From: Vitrella brassicaformis CCMP3155
Taxonomy: Eukaryota > Protista > Chromerida
Length of the DNA stretch: 40,850 nt
Direction: 5' to 3'
Assembly: GCA_001179505.1 (NCBI GenBank)
Contig: CDMY01000623.1
Coordinates: 1-40,850 of the forward strand
This document shows, piece after piece, positions 13,033 to 26,109 of this stretch. A program made the position numbers and the translations under genes. Each line of letters opens with the position of its first letter. Position 1 is the first letter of the stretch. Under the pieces are notes generated by a model. The model was not told the DNA's origin and ran no database searches. It worked only from the letters and a program-made list of their open reading frames with translations.

Positions 13033-16000
13033 CTACCAGCTGTCGGTCGATAGTGCAGCAGCAGCTGGGGGTGCGCACGGAATATCCGGGGCCGTGAGCA
13101 CATGGTCGTTTGTCCCTCGCTGACCGGCTCACGCAAGATACATGTATGCGAATTCAATGCATTGGCGCGTTCGGCACCAATTGATGGCGGCAAACACACA
13201 CACACATACACAAATAAGTTCGTTCGTTCGCTAGAATGGGAGCACACGGCCGCTCCAATTCGCCAGATCCAATGCGTCCGTCCGATGCGCTCATGTCGGT
13301 CGAGTTTCTCATATCATCATTGAATGCATTGTCTGCTTCCCTGTGCTATGCCACCCCACCCACAAGTCGATCTCCATATTTCTCTCTCTCTCTCTCTCTC
13401 TGTCTGTGGCTATCCACACACACACACATCACATCAGTGACTGTCCGCCGCTCGCCGCTCGCCCATCAATCCACTTGTGTGCGTGTTGGGTGTCGTGTGG
13501 AGCGCTGCGTGCAGTGCCTCCCCGGTGTGGCATTTGGTGAGGAAGCTGTGCAGTGGCTCAGGGCAATATGCCCGCGACACACCGCCGTCGGCACGCTGCA
13601 CACAGACAGACACACAGAGGGACAGACAGGCGCCAAGCCAATCAATCGGTCAGCCAACCGATCAGCGCACGGACCTTCCAGATGTCGACAACGTAGTCGA
13701 CTCTGAGGATGTCGTCGCGCGTCAGCTTGCCCTCGTCATACATCACACGGCACCTGACAGACAGACAGACAGACAGACAGGTGGACCATCCCAGCGGCCC
13801 ACCCTCCATCCAGCCACTTACCTGTCGAGCAGCTCAACAATCAGCTCGCGGTGGCCCTCTGTCTCCACCCTAAGCGACAGATATACCCACACAAGCACAA
13901 AGCCGGCACAGCACACACAGCCGGCCACTTATGGGGTGGGATCTCCCACATGAGCGCCGCTGACGCACGCACCTGTCGAGTCTGAGTGTCGGCTGGCAAC
14001 AAAGGGCGGCCGTGTGCAGCAGAAAACTCGGCGCGAAGAATTCCAGCTTCCTAACGGATAGATGTGTCGTGGGTGTTGGGGGGGGGCTGTGAGTAGGTGC
14101 CCACCTGAGCATCTCCCGCGCCACGAGTCGGCTCAGCGCGGTGGCAAACCTCCGGCCTTTGCCGCACGGCAGCACCGCGTCCGGACACTCTGCGACCACG
14201 CACACAAAAGTGACCAAATGGACACTCAATCGTGCTTGCTGGAATGGCTGGGTGGCTGACCGTCTTCGTATCTGCGCCAATTGAGCCGGTGGAGTGCCGT
14301 CACAAAGGTGGACAGATTCCTGCACCAATCAGTCAATCAATGCATCCACGCAGCCACACGACAGACAGACAGCCAGACCGGCATGTGTGTCCGTTGATCT
14401 ATCGGTTCCATCGATGCCGACCTACCGGGCGTCGAGTGCAGCGATTCGGAAGAAGAGCATGTGGATGAAGGTCACAAACACGGGGGGCAGGGGGGGCAGC
14501 GGGGCAGCCGACCCACCGGCGGCAGGGGGTGGGGAACATGGCTGATGGCAGCACACACACACACACATATACACACAGACAGAGAGAGAGAGAGTGCACA
14601 CGTCATTTGTCTGTGGTCTTTCCGTACGTTGAGTTTCTGTATACGCGTCATCATTTCAAGAGTGGAGCACGCCACCGAGGGCGTGAACTCGCCGATGCGC
14701 TCGATGCACTTGCTGCACCCACAAGTGACAGGGGTCTGTCTGCCCACATCCGCCCACGCACCCACACACCCACGTGGTGAGGACATGGAGCATCCGGTCG
14801 AACAGGTCATCGGGAATGGGCGGCGCCGCCCCTCTCGTCCCCGGCCAACCTGTCGAGTTACGCAAACAGACACACAGACACACAGACACACAGACAGACA
14901 GACAGACAGACGGAATCCCTGCTATCGTGTGAGCGGATGGGTCAGTTAGGTACTCACCTCCGCCCGCCATGGCGGCCATGACGGCCGTGTCGACCAGGCC
15001 CAGGTAGTTCAGCTCGTCTGATCGCTTCAGCAACGCCTGATCACACACAAAGGGACCGCTGCGTGTGTGTGTCTGTGGATGGATGGATGGATGGATGGGT
15101 ACGTGTTGGGGAGGTGGCTGGCTACCTCGACTAGTGCGGGAACTGGTCCGAAGTGCTGCAGGCGAAGGAAACCGTCGGCCACCCACGTCAGGCAGTGGGA
15201 CGGGACCGTGCCTTCGATGTCAGCCACACCACACCACACCACACCACACACAGATGTGCAGGCGCGTCTGTGGTTACGCTCACCGCCGTCGATTGGTTTG
15301 CTGCTGCCGTCGTTATCGCCCTCGTCCCACTCGTCGCTCATGCAGCCTCCCCTGCACATAAACACACACACACATCTGATGTCTCAGTGCTCATCCATCC
15401 ATCCATCCACCCACCTGTTGACAAAGTGGATGTCCTGCTGTTCATCCTGTTGCTGCTGTAGTGGCTGTTGTCGTTGCGTTGGCTTGCCCCGTTTGGGCTC
15501 CACCAGCAGCGGGGGCACCAGGGTGCGGTCGAAGTGCTCCAACAGCTGTTGGCATCAGTCAATCCGTGCATCCACACGCACGCAGAGTGCGCCGTCGTCA
15601 GTGAGTGACTCCACCCACCACCCCTTGTCCCACCCACCTCAGGCCCAGGTCTGCACCCCAGGTTGGCCAGGCTCCTCACCAGCTGCACGCACATTCGCAC
15701 ACCCATTCACCGATTTATATATTCGCCCGGTCGCTCACCAGGCACTGCAGGTCGAACGGCAGTCTGTCCATCAAGGTCTCCAAGCGAGGCAGCAGCGCGT
15801 TTATCAGCGGCTCGTGACGGTACTTGGCCCGCGCAAAAGCCTACGCACACACAACACACCAGCACACAGAATGGATGGATGGACGAGTGACTGACTGCTG
15901 TTGGTGTGTGGATGCGGTTGGTACGTGCAGGATGAAGACACAGCCCTTTGGGTCGAGGTAGTGGGAGGTCTTGGTGATGGTCTCGGCTATCGACCGAAAC

Positions 16001-16063
16001 AAAGGCTCGTACCGGTACTCGTATATCACCCTGTTGGTGCAGTCGGATCACAGCACACACCCT

Positions 16064-16094
<31 letters not shown>

Positions 16095-17075
16095 GCATGT
16101 GGGCGCTGTGAGTTTGTCGTTTGGTGTCCCTGACTGACGCGAAGTCTTCGATGATGAGTTTGATGACGTTGAGCTGCAGGTGCGAGTGCCGCTTGGTCAG
16201 CGTGTCGGCTATGGTGAAGAACCACGGGCGGTGAACCAGCTCCTGCACACACACACACACACACACAAAATCACAATCACAATCAGGCGCAGGCAGGTCC
16301 ATGGCGCGTGCGCGCGTGTGTGTGTGTGTGTGTGTCTGTGTGTGTGCTTGCCTGTTTGTGGACCATTGATCTGAGGAATCGGTGCAGCTGCATACCGCCA
16401 AGACTCTCCCATTCCTGCCCACGGGCGTCACACGCAGGTCACACATACGTGTGTGACCTGACTGACTGGTGGGCCGACCTTCATTGTCTTGTCAAACAGT
16501 GTCGGGAGCAGCTCGTCGCCCCCCCCAAAGTCACTCTTGGTGATAAAGTAAGCGATCTCAGCTGACACACACACACACACACACACTCACTCACTCACAG
16601 GCTGGCTGGCCGAGTGACTGACTGACAGGCGCTTGCCTGCATGGCTGGCCGACAGCTGATCGACATTCCTCGCGGCCTCGCGCAGCAGGCGCGTCCACCT
16701 GCCGATTGTCGCACCCACCTGACAGCAAGCATCCAAGCAACCCACACACATCCATCCATCCATCCACAGACAGTCAGACAGACAGACAGAGATGGACTTA
16801 CGCGCATCGTGTGTGCACGTCTGACTGACTAACCTGTGCCCTCCGGTGGTGCCACTCAAAGTCGCTCACGAGCGTCGCCAGTGAGCCGTTCGACGAAAGG
16901 GCCGCACGGTCCCTCACAAACCTGTAGGCCGAAGCAGCGTCATGATGCACTCACTGCACCGCAGCTCAATGAATGAATCACCCACCCACCTGTCCTGGTC
17001 ATGCGTGGCGAATGCCCGCCTCGCCATCCGTCCCGTCGGCAGCTGCATCCGCCGACGGGCGTGCAACGTCGCCAT
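13033..17075 (-). CDS. Large helical-repeat protein (HPR/OPR/FASTK-RAP-like), probably mitochondrial
   Basis: About 20 phase-consistent exons; Arg-rich leader MATLHARRRMQLPTGRMARRAFAT; repeat-like segments LDPKGCVFILHAFARAKYRHEPLINALLPRL, LVRSLANLGCRP, LDARNLSTFVTALHRLNWR. No clear RAP domain seen. Both ends are approximate. Confidence 0.6.
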
Positions 17076-17641
17076 CGCCGTTGCAGATCTGCTCGGATCA
17101 GACCATGTCAATCATCACGCTGCATGGCAGGTGCTCAGATCTGCCTATGAGATCCATCGAGTCGTCAGGAGCACGGCTCTTGCGGACGTCCGACCTTGCT
17201 CTCGAACGGGCCGAGGCCTTGGCTACGTGCTCGCAGCCGATGCGTCTCGTGGATCGCGCCTCTACCTTCACAGCTTGCTTTCTCGCCGCATCGCTGCTGG
17301 ACAGCACTGTCATGGGCCTGAGCGTTGTCCTCCACCACGCCTGAATCGCCTGTCTGCCTTCGTAGTATGCAGCTGTGTGGACACTGGGAATTCATACTGT
17401 TGATGTGCTGCTGTTGTGGTGCATATGGTGTGGTGTGGCAGGTTCTCTTTCTCCTACTCCTCTGTCGCGTTGCAATCTGTCGAGGCGGGTGCGGGGACTT
17501 GCAAGATCTGGTTTGCTGATCGCTGTGGGTGCATGCGATACATTGTCAGTCACCGTGTTGTTTGCTGTTGCTGTCAGCATCTCGCTGGATGACCGGAACG
17601 TCCTGTCTTGAAGCTTGAAGCCTTAAAGACTTGTTGGCGTG

Positions 17642-19192
17642 ATGGCGCAGCCCAGTCGCGAGCCTTCAACATCGTGGATAAGCTGGCTCCTGGGGTGCTT
17701 CTTTGATACTCTCGCTGGGCTACTCATGAGGTCAGCGCACACACACCGTCGTTCGTGCGAAAATGACTCATCCAGTCAGCAAGCCCCTCTTGCCTTTTGC
17801 CCGCTTTGCCGTGGTCAGGCTCCTGCTGGGAAAAGATCATCGCTTCTTTGCCGACGGCTATGGAGATCTAGCGCGGTGTGAGGAGCTGGAGGGCATGGTG
17901 GACAAGGGCATTGATGTGGCCTTCCCTGACATCCACCACATGGAGTGGGAGGATGACACACATGGGTTGGAGCAGCAGGGGGAGGTCTCTGTCCGCAACG
18001 CCTCCTTTGCGAGTCCCTGCGGGGCCTTTACTTGTGAGGAGAGCAAGACCGCCTATGTGCAGGTGGTGGCGCCGGCAGGGGGCAGGCACGTCAGAGGCGT
18101 GGTCAGGACGAAACTCGTGTGTATCGCTCATCCAGACTCTCTGTCTGTCTGTGTGTGATTCCACGTGGATCAGGTGATCCACCTGCCGCAGACAGGTGAC
18201 ATGGGCTACGGCTTTCGCAGGAAGACGCTGGGGATCCCTCTCGCGCTGGAAGGCTATGCGTCGATCATCCTTGTCGGGCCCTACTATGGCAAACGGAAGC
18301 CGAGGTCGCAGAGGAGACATTATGTGCGCAATGTGGCCGAGTACCTCATTTCTGCATCGGTGGGATGGAGGAGCGAGACAGGGGGGGGGCGAAGGGGAGA
18401 GAGAAGACGTGTCTGCCATTGGCGCAGGGGTCTATGTGTCTGTATGTCTGAATTGTATGTGTAAAAGACGACCTTTACAGAGGCGGCCAAGTTGGTCAAG
18501 TGGGCGCAGCAGGAGTGGCCCGACACACACGTGTGCCTCTCGGGCATCAGCTACGGAGGCGCCATGGTCAGCACACCACAGCAAAGAATGGATGGATGGA
18601 TGGATGGACCTGTGTGTGCCATGCGATGGATGGATCGACTCAGGCGGCGTGTGCGGCGTCTATCCTTCCCGCATCTGTTGCGGCCGGGGGCGTGGCTGTC
18701 GCTCCCTGCGTGAGCAGCTCTTCCCCGAAGGCCATCGTTGGGGGCCTGCTCGTGAGCCAGATCGATTGGCAGACGCTCATGGAGGAGAAGAGCCACACCA
18801 GACAGCAGGTGGGCCGTCCGTCCTCTCGAACACTCGCGGTCGTGTGTTGACGGTAAAGTGCATGGCTGCACATCGATCGATGCATGGTGCAGGCCTACGA
18901 CCACCTGAGCGAGATACTGGCCGCCCGTGACCTGCGTGAGCTCATCCACCACACCCACACCAACGCTCACGTGCACGTGCAGGGCCTCAAGTGCGTGGTG
19001 ACGACGGCCTCCCACGACAGGTTTGTGGTCCGTAGTGACGGCCTGGCGCTCATCAAGGAGCTCGTTCGCATGTGCGGCACAGTGGAGGAGGTGTGGCTGG
19101 AGGGGGGCCACGTGAGCTCGATTGCAAGGTGCACGCGGGTCTTCGTGCCGTCGATTAGGAGGGCGTTCCAGCTCATGGACGGCAAAACATGA
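17642..19192 (+). CDS. ABHD18: Alpha/beta hydrolase of the ABHD18 / DUF2048 family
   Basis: Family motif GYASIILVGPYYGKRKPRSQ..VRNV; nucleophile elbow LSGISYGG; acid ASHD; His WLEGGHVS; TGA at 19190-19192. Confidence 0.85.
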
Positions 19193-19228
19193 CTGACCGA
19201 CCGAGAGCTCGAGGGAGGGGGGGGGGGG

Positions 19229-19528
19229 NNNNNNNNNNNNNNNNNNNNNNNNNNNNNNNNNNNNNNNNNNNNNNNNNNNNNNNNNNNNNNNNNNNNNNNN
19301 NNNNNNNNNNNNNNNNNNNNNNNNNNNNNNNNNNNNNNNNNNNNNNNNNNNNNNNNNNNNNNNNNNNNNNNNNNNNNNNNNNNNNNNNNNNNNNNNNNNN
19401 NNNNNNNNNNNNNNNNNNNNNNNNNNNNNNNNNNNNNNNNNNNNNNNNNNNNNNNNNNNNNNNNNNNNNNNNNNNNNNNNNNNNNNNNNNNNNNNNNNNN
19501 NNNNNNNNNNNNNNNNNNNNNNNNNNNN
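19229..19528. other. Assembly gap (300 N) flanked by poly-G runs
   Basis: N run with G homopolymers at about 19217-19228 and 19529-19551. Confidence 0.98.
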
Positions 19529-20017
19529 GGGGGGGGGGGGGGGGGGGGGGGGAGTTTTCTAGGTGGCATGAGTGGTTTGTATACGGGCCTTTTATCTGGC
19601 CTGTAGACTGTTTGGGTGCATCCAGGACTTCAGATCTTGGATGAGACTTTTTCCGGCTTCTTCTCTATTGGCCGACGCCTGTCATTATGTAGTCGGCCAG
19701 CCACCTGTCTGTCTGTCTGTCTGTGGGACTCAACGCATCGTTCGCCTATGTAATCCCTTTGCCCACGTGTCTATCGCTCGCCGACACACAAGACACATAC
19801 ACACATAGCTAGTAGACACCAACCAGGCACACGGCGCACACAGCACACACACATAGCTGCATGCACCACGGCCTCCCGTCCCCCACGCAAAGAAAGGGGT
19901 GTGGGCGCACCACCCAGGAGCGGCACACACAACGAGCATCCGAATGATGTGATGCATCCGATTGATGCACACCTGAACCGAAAAATCACTCGCCCGTGAC
20001 ACATTAACACACCAACA

Positions 20018-20632
20018 CTACTGCACATAGACGGGCTCACACGGGGTGGTCCTAGCGACGCGGTACTCCTCCTCTGTGGCCTTGCCCAGCTCGTATCTCA
20101 AATACTCGCTCAGCATCAGCATCAGCAGCGACACCTCGGGCGACGACATGGGGACCATGTGAGACGCGTTGTACAGCCGCAGGTACGACAGGCGGCCGAC
20201 CGACTTGTACGCACCACCAGCGCTGCGGCCGTGGACCTTCCAATCGCACAACTGCAATCCAGCCATCCATCCATCCATCCACAGACGCACACACACAGAT
20301 ACACACACACGCACAGAGAGAGACAGAGAGAGAGAGTGAGAGAGGGAAGATGTGTGTGTGTGAGTGTCTTACCGGTCTGTGTCTGAAGTCGTCGGCACGC
20401 TCCCACGTGAGCAGGTTGACCCAGTCGAGGCCGCCCTTCCAATTGCACATGAAGTCCTGATCGCCATAGTAGAACAAGGCAGACTTCCCAGCAGACACTA
20501 CAAACGACGCGGCTGCCAGCGAGCTGCTGATGGAATCGTTGAGCAAACTCCTCTGCAGCTGCACTCACGCACAAAGAGAGAGCGAGAGAGAGGGAGGGAG
20601 GGAGAGAGGGAGGGAGATGGGATGGTGGCCCT

Positions 20633-20673
<41 letters not shown>

Positions 20674-22487
20674 GCTGTGACTGACCCATCGGTCGCAGAA
20701 GGGCCAGGGCGCACGACCTCTAATCGACACGAGAACACCATCCTCACCGCCATCTATCTCACTCCGATCATCGAAGACCCCATCGACACACAGAGCGCTC
20801 CGCACCTCATCCCGTTCGAAAAACCTCTCAATGCCGCCCATCTCGTGGCAGTACGGCGGTGGCTGCAACACACACACACACACACACACACGCCATGTGC
20901 ACAGATTGTGTCGTGTCTGTCTGTGGCTGGCTTACGGAGCATTTCTGTCTGATGTCGTAGGGGCTTGTGTCGCCGAGGAGCCGCAGGGCGGTCTGGTAGC
21001 AAGCAGCGTCCACCCCTTCCCACCGGCCGCTTCGCAGCGCTGCGTCGCACTCATTCGCGAAGACTGCATCAGTGCGGACCACACACACACAGGTTGACCA
21101 ACTGAGGATCTGTCTGTCTGTCTGTCTGATGCCCACTTCGTTTGGCCTCTTGGTATGTCGCTGCGTCGATCATGCGGTTGGCCCAGGCGTACTCGGCAAA
21201 TGACGGGAACTGTGTGTGGGGGTCCACCCACCCGTTGCCGATCGCAATACCTGAACGAATGGACGGTCAGATGGGTGGCTGGATGAATGACGCAGAAACG
21301 GTGCCAGCTAGGTGTGTGGGTGTGGAACCTACCGTGGAGGCGCAGCCCCTTGATGGGGTGCTGGATGAGGTATTTGGCCATGTGGGGAATGTAGTGGCCC
21401 GAATACGACTCACCCATCATGATAAATGGCCTGTTCGTTGGAACCCACACACACACCCAGGGGAACGAACACACGTGTGTGTGTGTGTTTGTGTGTGACG
21501 TGTTTGTGTCTGGGGACGGACGTACCTGTCAATGTGCTCTGGCCATTCTGCCAGAAAGCCGCTCAAGAAGTGCCACATGTCTGCATGGGAGGGAGAGAGG
21601 GAGGGAGGGAGAGAGAGAGAGAGAGAGAGGGAGGGAGACAGAGAACCATCCCATCCACGAGTGCACATTTCCTCCTGCGCGTCCAACAGGCACGTCCACT
21701 CACTCCCTCACTCACGCACCCTCAGCGATCTCTCGTTGGGTGGTCACATGAGGTTGGTCCGTCCGCGAGAAGCCCACCCCCAGTGGCTGGTCCACATACA
21801 ACATGTGGGCCACGCGAGACCTGATCAACCAACCAACCAACCAACCCCACTCACAGACAGCCGCATTTTGGCTTGGTTTACGCACCACGAGTACTCATTC
21901 TGGGCCAGTGTGCCGTTGGGCAGCAGCGTGAACGGCCCATTCTCGGCGATCCACGCAAGCTCTGATGAGCAGCCGGGACCTGACCACCCAAGCAATCAGT
22001 CAACCAGCCACACCCAGGCCCACACCGTACACACGTCTGTCTGTCGACACGTAGACATACATAGAGGGCGGTGCGTGCGTGTGTGTAGCATACATACCCT
22101 GTAGGCCCATGTGTGGGAGATCACCGCCTGTGAGCCACATGATGAGGGGAAGGGGATCGTTGTCGTTGTCGGGGTCGTTGCTCTTACTCGGAAACATGAC
22201 GTAGAACATGGTGCTGCGGCTGCTTCTCTTGTCGCGCACAGGAATGTGCCCTGCATCAATCCCTCCATCCATTCACCCACCCATTGTCAATGCAATGTGT
22301 GCATACCTGAGTACATGGTCTCGTTGAAGAAGATGCCGCTCGAGTTGACTCGCTGCCGCCGCGGCAGCACAATGTGTATTCCGTGGGGTCTCTGCCGCCA
22401 TCCCCACCACGAGAGGCACTCATCCACTCGTGCTCCCCAGATGAGCAGCGCCCTCAAGCAGCACCAGAGGAAGCCAAACACATTCAT
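20018..22487 (-). CDS. Serine carboxypeptidase, peptidase family S10
   Basis: PLIMWLTGGPGCSSE, ENGPF, LYVDQPLGVGFS, catalytic Ser GESYSGHYIP, IAIGN, Asp GDQDFMCNW, His YNASHMVP. Likely signal peptide MNVFGFLWCCLRALLIWG from ATG 22487. Confidence 0.92.
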
Positions 22488-22743
22488 CACCAAGCAGATC
22501 TGGTGCTGTGTCAATGCACCCGCACAGGCAAGCACTGCTGCCTCTGCTGCGGGGCTCTTTAAGAGAGCCAACAGGGAGCGGTTTCACGGAATTGCTATGC
22601 GAGCTCTGAATGACTGAGAGGAGGGAAGGGGATCTTTGGAAGAGCGTATGACGGAGAGCAGCAGATAAGACCTCGATCTCCTTCATACGGCCTTGATTCT
22701 CTCTCATCATCGCATCTCAGCCAGCCTGCCAGTCAGTCAGTCA

Positions 22744-23109
22744 ATGGATCCCTCCCGCTACCCTTCCAGACGGCCGCCTTGCCTGCCGTCGCTATCACTG
22801 GTGCTGCTGGGCCTGCTGGCGTCCCTCCTGCACCTCCCACACCCGTGTTGGGGCTTGCGTGAGGCGGCGGCATTCCTGCCATCAGCTGTATGGCCTTCAC
22901 TGAGCCACCAAGGGGCGCATAGAAGGTAAGGCCCACGCCAGATCCATCAATCACCACCCATGACATTGGCTGATGTCATTCAGGCTTGCTGTTCGTCGGC
23001 CGGGAGTGATGGCTGCCACTGCAGCTGAGACCGCCAGCACTGCCACAGAGACAGCTGACCCGGACTTCTTCATGGCATCAGGTGCGTTCGTGCATGTGGG
23101 CTGCCCTCC

Positions 23110-23142
<33 letters not shown>

Positions 23143-23542
23143 CCTGTGTGGCTTCACTCATGTGTCTGTCTGTCTTGTGGGTATGGTGTGTGTGTGTGGA
23201 TGTGATGTGCAATGAATATGTGTAGATCTGCCGGAGAGTCTGGACGACGGCGTGGCGATTGCCGTCAACTCGACGCTGATGATGCTCAACGAGGCGGGCG
23301 ACACCAACCGGATACGCATCGAATTCGACCCCACGGCAGGTAAGGAAGGGCGGTTGTGTGTGTACCACACACCCATCGCATCCATCCTTTCGTCCACTCA
23401 CTCGTGTGTGGGTGTCGCCCGCCATCGTGTGTGTGCAGATGCGATGAAGGAGTTCCACTCCCTCAAGCAGTCACAAGAGTTCGTCCTCAACTGTGAGTGT
23501 GTAACAACGAGATTCATGACATTGACGATGGATGCGCATCGG

Positions 23543-23579
<37 letters not shown>

Positions 23580-25052
23580 TGTATACGTCAGATCTACGTC
23601 GGATCGCCCTGCATTTGCTGCCCGAGAAGGAGGGCGAGAAGGAGGGCACGGTCGGCGACAGGAACATGCTCATTCATGTTCTTCTACACCAGGTGTGTGT
23701 GTGTATTGTGTGTGTGTGTGTGCAGGTGCGTGTGTTCCTTCCCGACCATGGCTGGGCCGCCCTCATGAGAAGAGATTGGCGGGTCAGTCAGTCAGCAGCA
23801 CAAACAGGCATTATGATGATTGCTATGTGCCCCGTACGGTGCCTTCCTTGTGTGTGGTGTGTGGTGTCAATCTGACAGATTGACACCCCCGAGTCACTGA
23901 TGCCGTCGTGTGTCAAAATCGCTGCTCTCACGGGGTGAGCGAACTCCCGTGATGCCCTCCCTCCCTCATGGATGCGCCGATGTGTGTGTGTGGTGTGCAG
24001 TGACAAGCCGGACTACAGCACCGACCGTGCGATAGTGCTGCTGAGCCCTGAGCTCACTGACCCCATGCAACAGCTGTGGGAAGAGGTCAGTGAGCTGCCC
24101 TCACGCACACACAACCACACACGCACACACACACATCACTGACAACAGATGCATGGGACGAATGGGCCGGGCCATGTTGGTATGTGTGTGGTCGTTCGTT
24201 CGTTCAGCTCAAGGAGCACCCCGACTTGCCCGTCATCCTCGTCAACCCGGGATATGACAACAGGTAGGTGTGTACTTACCTGATCGACCTGACTGACGGT
24301 GTGGGTGCACCAACAATCCACTGATCCAACGAATGGGACGAATCTGACGGAATCTTACGGCGTGCCTGTGGTGTTTCTGTCAATATGAATGACATACATC
24401 AGGCCTGCACTGCACTACCAGGCCCTCGCGCGCAACCTCAGAGATGAACTCACAACGGTCTGGGGAGGGACGGACGGAGGGGCGCACACACAGAGAGAGA
24501 GAGAGAGGGGCACATATATGTAGTGAGGTGTGTGTGTGTGTGTGCGGTGGTGCGACACAGGAGACTGAGACGGTGTGGTATCTGCGTGTATACTCGTGGG
24601 GCTGTGTGGCGCGATTCTGGCCTCTCAGATACAGCGTCTGGCTGCAGGTAGGCAGGGGACCTACCTACCTGGGTGTGCAGGAAGTTGTTGTGTGACACGA
24701 TCGCAAGCATCCTCCTTCCCTCCCTACCCCTGTGTGTGTGTGTGTGTTTAGGATCCCCGATACCAATCACAGGGGGGATACAGACTCGTGCAGGTGAGGG
24801 AGCCCATACACTACACCCCCACAGACAGACAGACAGACAGACGCACGCGCCATCCAACGTGTGTGGTGTTTTCCTGCCTGGTTACCATGCCATAATTACT
24901 GTGTGTGTGTGCAGACGTATGCCAGTCGTCCTACGCGCAACATGGTCTTGAAGGCGGTCGACAACGCCATCAACGAAATGACTCCACAGAAGGAGGAAGG
25001 GTCAGATCTACACGCAGCCAACACAATACAGCTGCTTTGGTTGCTTGGTGGA

Positions 25053-25083
<31 letters not shown>

Positions 25084-25278
25084 TTGTGTTTGTTCAGTGC
25101 CAATCCGCTCAAGGCCATGGCGAGTGGTGTGTCCAACATCCTCAGCACCATGGGCAAAATCACTGGTACGCTCGAACGAGCGAATGAATGAATGAATGAG
25201 TGGTCGCACGTCGGTCGCCATGCATGGTGTGCTTAATGTGTGTTTCCTGTGCTGTGGGGTGTGTGTGCAGAGGTCTAG
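22744..25278 (+). CDS. DUF1995-domain protein (LPA3/ADK5-C-like), predicted plastid-targeted
   Basis: Bipartite leader (LSLVLLGLLASLLHLPHPCWG, then AAAFLPS and an S/T/A/R-rich transit); motifs RIRIEFDP, VRVFLPDHGWAALMRRDW, PVILVNP, VWYLRVYSWGCVARFWP. All introns are phase-consistent; TAG at 25276-25278. Confidence 0.78.
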
Positions 25279-25554
25279 CGTTGCGTAGCTAGCAAACAAG
25301 CTGTAGCCAGCGGGCGATGAATGAATGATTCAGGCAGGCAGGCAGTAGTTTATGTGTGTGTATCATGGCCGTGGTCTGAGCAATGCAGTCTGTCTCATAC
25401 AGTATTTAAATAAAGGGAGAGTGAGAGGTTCTGCCTCGCACTGCCTGTACGAACGTCCAATGGGCCCCTCTATTGCACCCGCTAAATAACCCAAAATGCG
25501 AGCATGTGCCTGCCTGTCAACCGCACTCATCAAATTTGCAAGCCCCAAGCATAA

Positions 25555-25666
25555 TTAGGGTTTAGATGAGCGCGTCAGCCGCCGCCCTGCCCCCTTGCAA
25601 TGGGAAAAAGCCTCCAAAGCGAAAGTATTAGGGTTTAGGGTGTAGGGTTTGCAAATCCCGAACCCC
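25555..25666. repeat. Degenerate telomere-like tract (TTAGGGTTTAG; TTAGGGTTTAGGGTGTAGGGTTT followed by C-rich AAATCCCGAACCCC)
   Basis: Read directly at 25555-25565 and 25628-25664. Confidence 0.6.
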
Positions 25667-25775
25667 AGAAAGCCAGCAGAGAGGCTCACCTGCAGAGAGG
25701 CCACATACGAAGGCAGGAGCAGCCAGAAGGCTCCCCAGCTGAGATCTCCCTCTGTTTGTGTCTGCCTGTCCTCAG

Positions 25776-25906
25776 GAAGATGCTGCCCATTCTCCACGAC
25801 CAGGCGACGCTGCTCAAAGCCAAAGCAAAGCGTTTCTTCCATATGGATGACGATGCGATTGCGCTTTGGAAGGAGACTATATGTATTCTACTTAGAGCTC
25901 CCCTAG
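25776..25906 (+). other. Orphan coding-like exon (KMLPILHDQATLLKAKAKRFFHMDDDAIALWKETICILLRAPL)
   Basis: Good acceptor (tgtctgcctgtcctcag), GT donor at 25907 and an open GC3-rich frame. Not homologous to the DUF1995 gene. Confidence 0.4.
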
Positions 25907-26109
25907 GTGGACCGACATCAGAAACACCTTACTTCCACCTGCCGTCCTCCACACACACGCCCAGCCGCTGTCCTTCCACACACAACACAGGCAAACTTTG
26001 AACACAAAAGCCTCACACGATTCAGCTTCTGGGTGGGTGCACCTTCACTGTCACAGTCACAGGAACCAACTGCCTGCCCCCCCTCTCTCTCCTTCTCTCT
26101 CTGTGTGTG

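Noticed and set aside
12600-13100. Separate small gene between the secreted and helical-repeat genes
   Set aside because: Splice-like sites occur on both strands but no consistent ORF with a start; more likely UTR or promoter sequence.
17098-17313. Upstream ORF MTVLSSSDAARK.. as the first exon of the helical-repeat gene
   Set aside because: No in-phase splice to the downstream exon was found; left unassigned.
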